From Camelus dromedarius (lineage: Eukaryota): 64,000 nt of DNA. The stretch lies in assembly GCF_036321535.1 (NCBI RefSeq), contig NC_087438.1:8682001-8746000 (forward strand). Direction: 5' to 3'. Shown in pieces: positions 26,567 to 38,205 of the stretch. The notes under the pieces were generated by a model. The model searched no databases. It was not told where the DNA came from and saw nothing but the letters and a program-made list of their open reading frames with translations. A program made the position numbers and the translations under genes. How positions within the stretch are numbered: the stretch's first letter is position 1; every line of letters starts with the position of its first letter.

Positions 26567-27040
26567 ATCTATTAGTTTCATATTGTTGCTGCAACAAGTT
26601 ACTGCAAAAGTGGTTTTAAACTACACACATTTATTATCTTACATTTCTGGAGGTCAGAAGTCCAGAGTGGATCTCTCTGGGCTGAAATCTAGGTGTCCGC
26701 AGGTCTATGTCCCTTCTGGATGCTCTAGGGGAGGGTCTACTTGTTGCCTTTTCAAGCTGCTAGAGGCCACCTTCTTTCCAGGACTCTTGGCTTCTTCCTC
26801 CAACTTCAAATCCAGTAGGATAAAAGACACAGAATCATTTTCTGACTTTGACCTCCTCTTCTGCCTTCCTCTTTGAATTTAAAGAGCCCTTATGATTATG
26901 CTGGTCCCACCTGGATAACCCAGGATACTCTCTTTATTTTATGATCATCGGATTAGCAACCTTAATTCCATCTGCACCCTTGCTGTCTGAAACAGCAGAT
27001 TCACAGGTTCCAGGATTAGTGTGTGAATATTTTATAGGGG
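26567..27040 (-). mobile_element. MLT1 (ERVL-MaLR) solo LTR, C/D-like
   Basis: tattagtttc...ttgctgcaacaagttac...catttattatcttacatttctggaggtcagaagtcc...ctggataacccaggata...ttcacaggttccaggattag. Confidence 0.85.
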
Positions 27041-27325
27041 TTTACATTCGTTTAGGTCTTTTAATATGCTGATATCAATCTCAAAGCATTTTTTTGTGGG
27101 AGGATTAAATTATGTAATGTTTCTTAAGAATATCTTAATACAAAAGCTAATGATTTCTTTCTTTCTTATTTTCTTTTTTAAAAAAATTAGGTGAGACTTT
27201 CAGAAAAGTTGAGTTAAACTAATATAAAAAGCATTCCACGTTCAAGTCTTTCTTCTGGTTCAAAGGAATTACATCTTGAGGCTCGAAGTCTGCTGCTTTC
27301 ATTAACTGGGCTTGCTGGGCAATAG

Positions 27326-28650
27326 TCATTCATGCATAAGATATTTATTGAATGCTGTTTTCCTCCAGTTTCCCCAGAAGCAGAGCTTGAGATGCTGATT
27401 CTACTTTAAGTGATTTACTGAGGGCGGGATCTTTGAGGGGGAAAAGGGGAGAGGAGTAGCGTGTAGCATGGCAGAGAAGAAGCAAGGCAAGAACAGATGT
27501 AGGGAGTCAGCTGGATACCGGTTTGATGCTAACCCTTCAGAGAAACACTGGAGCACAAATTGGACAGAATTTTCTTCATCCTGGTTGGCTGGTGCAAGCT
27601 GGGCAGACTTCTGTACTGTGCCAGTCAACATTGGCCAAGCCCCACATTTGCTAGGGAGCGTGGAGCCTCTCAGGTGAGAGTGACGGGACTCCCCAGAGAT
27701 CAGCAAGCTTTCCTTTCAGCTGGGAGATGGGTGCACTTGCCGGTGGAGAGGATGGGGCCGCTGACACCAGCATCCACTGTGAACCCCTCGGAGAAACCAG
27801 CTGTTAGTCAAGGCACTGGGTATTTCATAAGAAGCCAGACAAACGAGTCACTGCCATCCCGGAGCCTGCTCTCTTGGGCTAAGACGGTAAATAAATGCAG
27901 AAATTGTGTACTTTTGGGCAATGATAATTGCTGTAAGAAAATGAAGGAGAGCAATAGGATAGCAGTGATCACATGGAAGTTGGCAGAGCATTTTTTTTCC
28001 CACAGAAGTTGTTTCTGGATAATCTATCTCTAAATGGAACATTTGAGCAAAGACCGGAAGGATGAGAATGACTCCAGTTCTGGGGACATGTTGGGGAGAG
28101 GATGAGTTACAGACCTTCAGCAAATGTAAAGGCCTTGAGGTGGAGATGGGCATGCCTACTGATTTATCCTGAGAGGGCTCAACAGTGCTAGAAGAACTGA
28201 GGGGTTCACAGGGTCGATGATGTGGGCCTTTGTTGGTCATGGATGTGTGTTTGGGTTTTTTTCCAAATGTAATGTTGCATATAATGGAAAGCCATTAAAG
28301 AATTTCAAGCAAGAGGATTGCATATACAAGATAATTTACAATTTAGAATGTTCCCTTTAGTGACTGTATAGAGTTGGACTATAGTGAGCAAAGAGTGGAG
28401 AGACGAGGAAAAGGAAGGGGGCTTCTAGAGGAGACCGCATGAGAGATGATGGCCTTGGCCCAGTGTGGACCAGCTTGGTAAAGTGACAAGTGATTAGATG
28501 AAGATATATTTTGAAGGCAGAGCATTCTGATGTTTTGGGTGTTGGAGATGAGGAATGAAAAAGTCAAGTTATGGCAATAACCTAATTGGTTCCACTTGAC
28601 AAGAGGCTGAAGGCTGGGGAGCAGGTTTGGTGGACATGGCTGGGAACACA
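27326..28650 (-). mobile_element. L2 element (about 27326-27357 and 27790-28650), interrupted by an LTR
   Basis: L2 3' terminus cattcatgcataagatatttattgaatgct. The body continues cagcaaatgtaaaggccttgaggtgg...gaaagccattaaagaatttcaagcaag...gagagatgatggccttgg...atatattttgaagg. Confidence 0.8.
27358..27782 (-). mobile_element. LTR16-like (ERVL) solo LTR nested in the L2
   Basis: ttccccagaagcagagcttgagatg...agtgatttactgagg and the terminus cagctgggagatgggtgcac...caccagcatccactgtg resemble LTR16/LTR33-class LTRs. Confidence 0.65.
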
Positions 28651-29074
28651 GTGTGTGTCCCCGTACACATAAACTCATATATAAAATATGCATTTTTAAT
28701 TTAATACTTTTGATTAATTATAAATACATACATATGCATAATTGAGGGATGAACTACAGAGGTTATACTGGATGTCCTAGCAAATAAAAAATAAAAGCAA
28801 ATATCCTGGATTTTGGATTATATAAACTGTTTTGGTTTCGTCGCAATCTCAGTGTTAACCCTTGACTCCAAGATATTGCCTCCTGCAGGCCATCAGTCTA
28901 GGACCCTAAAAAGCACCAGCCAAGTTAAGATTTAAAAGCATCAGCACTCTAAGATTTTACTACTCCTTCCTTCTCATACACAAAGTTAATTAAATGAGGC
29001 AGCCCAAACACCTCAATAATGAATTAATTCTACATTAAGGATTAGCTGTCTACGTTTCCAGAATTTATCAAACA

Positions 29075-29265
29075 AGAAGCAATTTGGTAAAGGGGAAAGG
29101 ACACTTCATTTGAAGTTCAAAGAACTGAGTCTGACCTCTTTTTCTGGGATGCGTGACCCTGGCAAGCAAGGGGACCTCAGTTTCTTCATCACTGATTTGT
29201 GGTAAGAATATCTGCATTATTTTGCTCAGTGTGAAATAGTTGTAACAGTAGATGTGATAAAGTGA
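29075..29265 (+). mobile_element. MIR SINE
   Basis: gaagttcaaagaactgagtctg...gtgaccctggcaag...cctcagtttcttcatc is the MIR core. Confidence 0.6.
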
Positions 29266-30449
29266 TTCTTCATATATATTTATAAAGACACTTCATATAT
29301 ATGTCATTCTATGATGCATCCCCGAACCAATTAGAAGGAGGACACCTCAGAGAGACCTGGCTCAGTCTCATTTCTCCCTTTGCAGAGTCTTGCTTGACCC
29401 ATACAGCTGGCTTTCTTTGTGTTTTGGGTCAGACTCCGAGACTGACTCTTTCCCCACATGGAGATGTCTGCTGATGTTTGAATTGTCTCCTCCACATTCT
29501 TGGACCACTTGGTAAATTAACCTTCCTTGGGCTGGGGTGCTTTTTCATTACCTATCCCCAATGTATCCTTAATGAGTGTGATTTGATAGTGTGATCTGGC
29601 TCTAGCCCCAGCAGGTCAAATTTCAAACAGCATCCACACATTGATGTATAAATACATCTACATCAAAATTCACAGTGCATGTTCCTTAGGGATACTCAAC
29701 AGTCTTTGAGAGGGAAGACTCAAGATTCAGACTGTCTGGCTCCATTCCTCATGATTACTGTTCAGTCTTGGAAAACTCTCTCTAATCCATTGTGCTCTTT
29801 TGTAAAAGGTAAAGATCAGATGTTAAACACAAAATCAACGATTCTCTTAAAAGTAGAAGCAGAAAAACTTACACAACCTGAACTGTAAAGAGGAACTTTA
29901 CAAGGGTGGTAAATGGAGGTCAGATCAGGAGTTACCGATAGGAACTCCTGCGTTTAATACATATATTTTTCATGACATGCGAAAGCATTTTCTTTAAGTC
30001 CAGAGTACTGGGAAATCACTCATTTCCTTAGACGTCTCAGGGAAAGAGGATTGGATTATACTCATTTTGTTTTGTTTCAAATTAGAGATGTTGCGTCTTT
30101 TATTATAGTTTCTGTTACTTGGCCTAGTTTAGATGACTAACTTGCCAGCAATGATCTTGGCTTAACAATCACCATTTTAAAAGAAGATTTTGTGCAAAAA
30201 AACATATTGAAGATGAATATACCTCTCCATGTCTATCTTGTATCTATCCATCAATCATCTCTCCATCCATAGACATGAATAAGGTAATTTTTACTCACAT
30301 GTGATAGCTTTACTGTGTTTTCTGAGTTTACTTAACAGTTATAATTTCTGGCCTATAATTGGAGAACATACCTCCAAAAGCCAAATAAAATGTTCACTTT
30401 ACAATTTCCATCTGTGTATGAATACTGTTTGTCAGTCATGGGCTTTCTT

Positions 30450-31460
30450 TTTTAAAAAAAATCAAGGTATAATTGAGATAAAGTAAAATTCAGATTTTTT
30501 AGTTTCATTTTTGTGTTTTGACAGAATTTTGACAGTCAAAAAACCATACCATAATCAAGATATGGAATATTTCCATTACACCCAAAATTTCTCTGGTGAT
30601 TTTTTTCAGTCGTTCTACTGGATGTATTTGGTTCTGCCTTGTGGTTTTAATTTGCATTTCTTTAGTAACTGATGATGTTGAACAAATTTTCATGTGCTTT
30701 TACCCTTTTTTAAAAAATTGGATAGCTTGTTTTCTGATTATTGAATTTTGAGAGCTCTTTATAAGTCCCTCTCCAGATTTGTGATTTGCCAATATTTTCT
30801 CTAATTTGTGGCTGGCTTCTCTGTACAGATTCTTTATAGTGTCATCATTTTAAAATAAATTTATCAATTTCATTCTTATGGATTGTGGTTTTTATAAAGC
30901 TAAGAAATCTCCACCTACTTACAGTAGATGTTTTTCATAGTTTATGTGAGAAGTTTTATAGTTTTAGATTTTACATATAGGTCTACAGAGCAGCGTGTGT
31001 TGATTTTTGTTAAGAGATGAGGTAAGAATCAATGCTCATGTTTTTGTCACATGGATATTTAATTGTGTGAGCACCATTTCTTGAACACTATTCTTTCTCT
31101 GTTAAATTGGTTTTGGCCCTGGCCAAAAATCAATGTGCAGGTCTATTTTTGGACACATTATTTTGTTATATTGATCAACATGTGTATCTTTTCCTCATTA
31201 GCATACTCTTATTTATTACTGTATCTTTTTTGTTAGTTTTGAAATCAGGGATAGTTTTATCTTATTTTTTTCAAACTTGGCAGGGCGCCTCTGGTTCATG
31301 TGACTTTCAAAATAAAATTCAGAACAAGCTTGTAATTATTTAAAAAATATATATATATAGATGTTGCTGGAATATTTATAGGAATTGAAATAAATATACA
31401 GGTCAGTCTGGGAAAATATTCACATCTTAATATGTCATCTTCTAATCCAGGGTGCAGTTC
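30450..31460 (-). mobile_element. Old L1 (L1MC/MD-like) 3' end and ORF2 fragments
   Basis: ORF 30505..30693 (-) reads MKICSTSSVTKEMQIKTT. Further ORF2 antisense motifs: gagcaccatttcttgaa, gttgctggaatatttataggaattgaaataaat. Confidence 0.8.
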
Positions 31461-32145
31461 AATTAGAATAAATATTACTATTATGAACATTATTTTTAAA
31501 ATGATAACAAATAACTTTTGAAGTCTACTTTCTGTTTTGATTACTAAGTACCATCCATTCAGTCCCTTGGCTGCCTGGAAAGGCAAAGTGATGGTGGATC
31601 TGGGTTTGAATCTTGGCATTTAGATTTCTGGCTAAATAACTGGCAGATAAGTTTCTTTATCAAGAAGTCAAAGAAGGTGCAAATGCAATGGAGAAAACAT
31701 TTTTGATCCTAAGGTGGAAGATGTAGTGGTTTCCAGTGGAATGCCTTTTGCCCCCTTTACAAGCTCTACTGAATGTTCACATGGCTGGTTGTAACTGCCA
31801 TTGTCTAGAACAATGTGAGAGCAGAATCTTCCTTCTAATTCATTTTTGTGTTGTCCCAGGTGCCTACCAGTGTGATAACCTTGTTGAATAAATTAAAACT
31901 CTTTGGTTTGGAATTGAAAATTTACAGGCATCTTAAAAAGTTAATATCGTATCATCACATTGGGATGGTGGTCTCCCTTAATATGTCCTTTCTTCCAGCC
32001 ACTGGATTCTGCTGTTCCTGAAAACCACTCTCCTCTGGTAACCTCTCCACTGGCTCTAACTGCTAGTTGAACCAGCCTTCTTTGCTCCAGGCATTGGTCA
32101 GAAGTGAGCCATCACTCAACCCAGCCAATCAGGATTCTTCACTGG

Positions 32146-32498
32146 TGCTATCATCTGAATACTTGGTGAAATTAATATGTTGAAATCATAATCTTGATGA
32201 TGATGGAATTAGAGGTGAGAAAGGGGCTTTGGGATATAATTAGGTCATGAGAGTAGAGCTCATGAATGAGATTAGTGGTCTTATAAAAGAGACCTGACAG
32301 AGCTCTGTAGCCCCTCCCACCACGTGAGGACACATGGGGAAGTCACAACCCTGAAGAGGGTTTTCACCAGCATGTGACCATACCGAGGCCTGGGTCTTGG
32401 GTTTCCAGCCTCCAGAACTGTAAGAAATAAAGTTCTGTTGTTTATAAGCCACCTGGTCTATGATATTTTGTTGTAGTAGCTCAAGTGGACTAAGAGAC
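32146..32498 (+). mobile_element. MLT1A-like (ERVL-MaLR) solo LTR
   Basis: ttaggtcatgagagtagagctcatgaatgagattagtggtcttataaaagagac...tccagcctccagaactgtaagaaataaagttctgttgtttataagccacctggtctatgatattttgttgtagtagc...gactaaga. Confidence 0.9.
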
Positions 32499-32792
32499 CT
32501 GAGATTTCCAAATGGGCATGTGGCAGGAGACTTCAGTTTCCTTTCTAGTGGCCAAGCTGTGCAAAGGTGAGCTGGAAGCTTCTAAAAGCCCCGTTTCCTG
32601 AGATATAAAAATGTTGTAATTTAAAATGCAGACTAAGTCAAGCCCCCAAAACTTTTAGGACTGTGAATTAGGCATGCAATATTTCAAAATTAAATGGTTA
32701 AATGACATTTTGTTATTCCACATGATTCTGCCGATGTGAATTTCTAGACTAGGTCAAACTAATTTATTTTGATGGAAAGTGGATCTGTGATT

Positions 32793-33356
32793 TTGTGAAG
32801 GGTTGATGGCCAATGGACACACGGGCAAACAAGAGTTAGCGTGGCAGGCCCCAGCCTCCGGTCTTCACCAGGCCTGCTTGCAAGGTTGGCCCTCGACTGA
32901 CATCTAGGAATCTGTGTTTCAGGAGGGTTCCTGCCACTCTCTGATAAGAATGGTTCACGGGCCTAAACTGGTTTTGCAAATAATTGGTTTATGCTTGAAT
33001 ATCTGCTTTCTTTCTGAAATGCTCATACTTTGCACGTGTGTCTAAGTGCTCAGCCCCAGTAAAAACCCTGGACACTGGGTCTCCAGTGAGCCTCCTTGGT
33101 TGGTAGCGTTACACATGCGTCGTCACAGCGTGCTGCTGGGGGATGAAGCCCGTCCCGTGTGACTCCACCGACTGAGGGCTCTTGAGAGCTTGCACCTGCC
33201 CTCCTCTAGCCATCGCCGTGTGCACCTCTTCCCCTTGCTGATTTTGCTTTGTGTCCTTTGCTGGAATAAATCACCGCTGTGAGTATGACCATAGGCTGAG
33301 TCCTGGGATCCTAGCAAATCACTAAACTTGGGGGGCAGTCTTGGGGACCCCTGGCA
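32793..33356 (+). mobile_element. MER21-like solo LTR
   Basis: TG...CA bounded. Contains gcttgcaaggttggccct, cagccccagtaaaaaccctggacactg, AATAAA, and the terminus cctagcaaatcactaaacttggggg...gtcttggggacccctggca. Confidence 0.8.
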
Positions 33357-36300
33357 AGGCAAAAAAGAACTTTTGATGAGTGTGGTTCAGATGAGTATAT
33401 TAATTTGTCAAAACTGAATGGTAGACTTAAAATCTGTATATTATACCCTGCAATATATACTGTAATCTGTAATATACTCTGTATATATTTCCTATACTCT
33501 CTCTATATACATATATTTATATATAGTATACATAAGTTTATATATTATGTGTAAAACCTGTGTAAAAGAGAGAATAATCAGTAAAAATTAAAAAATATTA
33601 AGTTAGATGTTCATCTTTAATTCCATGACGCTCCGTCAGAGGAAGTGCTGTGAAGGCAGGAAAAAACGGCAGTGCGAGAATCACAAAGACCGATTATGGC
33701 ATCATCTGTTGAATCAAGTTAGCAGCTCTGGAAAAGACCTCTGCAGGTTTTCAACCCCACAAAGTCATGGAAATGATAGCATCTTAGTAGTCCTGATAGA
33801 CTGTTCCATTTGGCTGGATTGTTATTCAAAAAGGCACCTACTTTGTATTATGTTTGAATAAAGGGCATTTTCAATTTCTTTTCTTTTCTTTTCTTTTTTT
33901 AAGGTTGGAGATAAGAGGGGTTAGAAGTTGAAAGATATGGCCTGAATTGATCAATACCTTTCATACCAGTTTTCCAGCTGCCAAATGGTGGGCATTTCAT
34001 GATTTCTCAGGATACTGTCCTGGCCATGCCAATCCTTCAAGTGGACAGGACCTCGGTGTCCCATACGGGGCTATCTAGCTTTATTATATGAAATGCTTCT
34101 TTGCAAACACTAAATGAAATTAAGATAGGTGAATATCCTAGGACAGGTTGTACCAGAGTTTATTCTTTTAACGGGTATTTCAGTGGGAAAAATGTTCTAT
34201 CATCAACGAAAGTGAGAATCTTTCCTGCAGGAATTCTAAGAGACATTAATATGCTTGTATGAAACGTGACCATTCAAGATAGATCAAGAATGTAGTATTT
34301 ACCAAACCTTATTTGTCCATCAAACAACTTTTTTTTCCTACAGAATATTCTCAAGTATAGACTTATGTGGGGCTCTTTTTAGACTATTTTTCTTGAGGAA
34401 GAGGTAACACATTCCTAAAGAGAAAAAATAATTGGCCTTATCTCTGATTTTATTAGAACTCAAAACTTAAAATAGTGTACATTCAAATAAAAAGTTACAC
34501 ACAGATTGAACAGCTACATGATCAAATTAGTATGCTAAATGTGGTGTATTTTTGTATATTAAAAGACTAGAAACTTAAGTTACCACTAACTTTTAAAACT
34601 AAAGCCAGGCAGATGAGAGACTACATTTTAACACAGAGTAGATTTCTCATGTCACTGAGTTTTGTTAGGTGTGGCAGTGAAGGGTGGGGGTAAGCTTTGC
34701 TAATGTCTAAAACCTTCTTCTCATTGGTATGTATGGTTTAATGAGGAATTTGCAGGTGTCAGATGGGTTAGGAATAAGGAGATGTTTTCCTGCTGTGTTT
34801 GCTTAATTAGGGTGGTCCATCCAGATGTTATCTATGGGTGTAGTAAGAAGTTTCACAGGTCACTGAACAAGAACATGAATTTTCCAGCATCCCTTAGCTG
34901 ATGCATTTAATTTAAACCACCTCCCGTGATATCTCCCCCTGCCCTCAAATTGTTATACGGAACTTTATGTTTCACTATTTTACCAAACAGAAATCTCTAG
35001 AACCCAATAATTTTGTATAAACCCAGAGGAAAAAAAATTATTAGTTTAAACATCAGCTTACCATCCACTGCACCAATGTGTATTTGAAAGAAGCCTCATA
35101 AAAATTCAGAGTTAGGGTTGCATATTAGACAGGCAGAATAAATCAAGAGGAAAAATAATTTTTTCTTCCTCAGAAAGCCTCAAAAGTCAGTGGGAAATGA
35201 CAGTGTTGATTAGAAATGTAAGAACCTAGCGATGTCCTGCAAAGTAATGGCTGTAAACTGCCATGTTTTAACGTCGTATTTTTAAAGTCTTAGGAACTTC
35301 TGTGATCCCATGATAAAAGGAAATGGGCCATATTACTTTTAGGTAAATCACTTATTTTATGATGCCGGAGATATCTTGGGCATAGTAATGTCATGAATCT
35401 ATTGAAATAATCATATTCATATACTCCCTAAAATTTCAAAGATGCATAGGTTTCATATTTCATTACTACCTTTAACTTCTGAAAGATGAGTTTACATAAA
35501 TTTTCATCCAGATGAGAGCTACGGATTTCCAGAGATTTGCAGAATGATTAGCTCAGGAGGAAGTGATGTGTAAGATAACCAAAATGTAGCAATTTGGAGC
35601 TTACAAAAGCCCATGCAATCTATAGTACATAGCATGTTTTCCATTCAATTTGCTAATTCTTTCCAGAAACGTACTGCGGCCTGTGTGACACAAGCCATCG
35701 ACCTCATTTTTAAGGCATTGAACTGCCTGGAACTGGTGTTCCAGACACTGCCTATGCAATGCTTAACTCCACTTAATATTTCTGCATTGAGTAGTGATTA
35801 TGCAATTTAGCGATTATGGAAATTATGCTATCTTAATGATGAGACAGGTGATGGATGCATTTTGGGCGACAGTCTCATTATATTACTGTCTAGTTTATAA
35901 CTACCTGTAGACAGGCACAAATTCTCAACATGATAGCCATCAGATTTTTTTTTCAAGCTATGAAACTTGCAATATACCTCTGCAGTTGCTTAAACGTGAA
36001 TCTAAACCCACATGAGAAGGTGGACACAGTCTCTCTTGAATTCTCAATATGGAAATCAGGTTGTATTGTCTTTTATTAATTGCAGGAGAGACTTTTTCAC
36101 TCATTATTTCATTTATTTGATAACATACAGTGGTATCTAGAAGCTTTCTGCTACTTGGTGAGAACATCTATACTACCCTTTGGAAATGCAAGTTCTGGAG
36201 GTGGTCATTACATTGGCAAATTTACAAGATTACAGTTCTCCAGTAACTAAATCAGAGTTCTGTTCTGCCTGAGTGGTACCTCTGATGGGTATCAATTTAG

Positions 36301-37994
36301 TCAGAGGATCCTAGCCTAAAGAGAGAAACTACATTTGGAATTACTTCACATCATGCTAATTAGCTATGCTATGCGGTTATAGGCACATTAAGACGTTTTT
36401 TAAAGAATGATGTAATTGGATAAGTGTGTTTGTGTCTGAACAAGAATTTAAGGCAATCCATCAATCTTCATAATGTCAGAAAATCGGATTATAGCAGGGA
36501 TAAAACAGCTCTACTGCACACTAATGTAGCTGTCTTTATCATGCATAGCGACACACTGAAATGTCCAGAAAAGAGCTACCGCTCACACATACCTGGAAGA
36601 AACTCAGATTGTTCAAGTGTCGGCTCCCCTGTAAGGAGCATTTTCCTTTGTGCTCTCGTATTACATGATATGTAATTTAAAATAAAGAACCTTTTTCTAC
36701 CAAATTTTGATGATCGGTTTGGCTGTTTTCCTCCACAACTACATTGTGAATTATTTAAGAGAAAGACTGATCTTAATTTAATTTAATTTAATTTAACTTA
36801 ATTCATTTTTTAAAATTTCAGCAACAAACACAGTGCCTGGTACCTAGAAGGTGGCAAGTAAATGTAAACAGCCAAATGGAAAGATGGATGGATCACAATA
36901 CTATTGTGACTGTCAATTGTCAATACTATCATAAATGTATATACATATTACGTATACGTATATACATATTAGTATTTCTATGTGTGACAATTTCAGAGTA
37001 TGCTATTCAATGAAGAACAGACTTGTTGGATATAAGCAACACTACCAGTTTTAAGAAAACGTAATTCTTAAAATTCAGTTTGACTCTGAATTTTGATTAA
37101 TCATTTTTGCATTTAGCATTCTGCTACTTTTTCTAATTACACCAGTCTTCCAAATTCTTTCATCACTGTGACGTACATAAATGAACAAAGAAACAAATAA
37201 TCGCCAATCCTTTTAGTTTTATAAAGTGGACACAGAGTATTGATCCTGAATGTAAAGAATTCCTCTATTGTCTAAAATAAATCTTATGAAGAGTGTTTAG
37301 TGCTTATTTCATTATTATTCAAAATTCATCACATGTTAAGACATTTAAACTCAGTCTGTCACACAGAAGGGCAGTACTCTTGATTCTCAAAGTCACTGCC
37401 AATCAGTATTAGTCACTGCCAATCAGTTGAGAGAAAAATAATTGAGATGATTGGGCTGAAATACATCTAATCCTCCAGATGATTTAAAGTATAATTGTCT
37501 ATTAAACCAGATTTAAAAAAAAGACTAATGGAGCAATTTCATATTGAATTTCTTCTGTCCTGTATAAACACACACCCACACACACAAGTGCACTTACCCT
37601 GAAATATTTTTACTGAGTTAATGTTGAGTGTAAAGCCATACGTTTATGTTACATTTTGGTGCACTTTATAATTGACTCTGGTTTGAGAATCTGTTTAAGG
37701 ACAGCGCTTGTTAATTAAATCCATTTTGTTGCTGCCCTTACTGTACGGGAGGCACGGTTCTGAGCACGTGGTGTTCCTCAGTGATCAAGACCAAGTCCCA
37801 GTGGCATTGGGCACCTGCTCTTTATTAATCCAGGTGCTTGGAGACAGACCTCTGTTATAGTAAACATATTGTATATTGTCCAGACTGGTGCCATTCTGAG
37901 CGTTGAGTGAGGCGCTATTAATAACAGGGTAGCTGGTGTTCAGTGGGATATAAAGCTGCGTCACCTGTGGGCAGTATTTCATGATGGGTGAGTG

Positions 37995-38205
37995 AGTCTT
38001 GGATCGGACTGCCTTGGTTACTTTCTCTGGTCCACTCCTTGGTAGCTGTTTTCCCATCAGAGCTATAAATGCTAACTAACCCTCAGTTTTGTATATAAAA
38101 TGGGATTAAGCTGATACAGTCTTACATTTTGTGAAGATCGAAGGAGACGGTGTATGTAACACGGAACCATACATAGGATGGATACGTTAAGCATTCCATG
38201 ATTGT
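37995..38205 (+). mobile_element. MIR SINE
   Basis: ccctcagttttgtatataaaatgggatta...gtgaagatcgaaggagacggtgtatgtaa. Confidence 0.6.

Noticed and set aside
27560..28240. 157-aa (+) and 130-aa (-) ORFs
   Set aside because: They lie over the LTR16-like and L2 relics, and I recognise no protein features.
29867..29895. Possible 10-nt minus-strand microexon (CTTTACAG|TTCAGGTTGT|GTAAGT)
   Set aside because: It is not frame-preserving, has no partner exons, and such motif pairs arise by chance.
35061..35093. Possible 33-nt minus-strand exon (ASFKYTLVQWM)
   Set aside because: The GAG acceptor and pyrimidine tract are weak, and the peptide is unrecognised.
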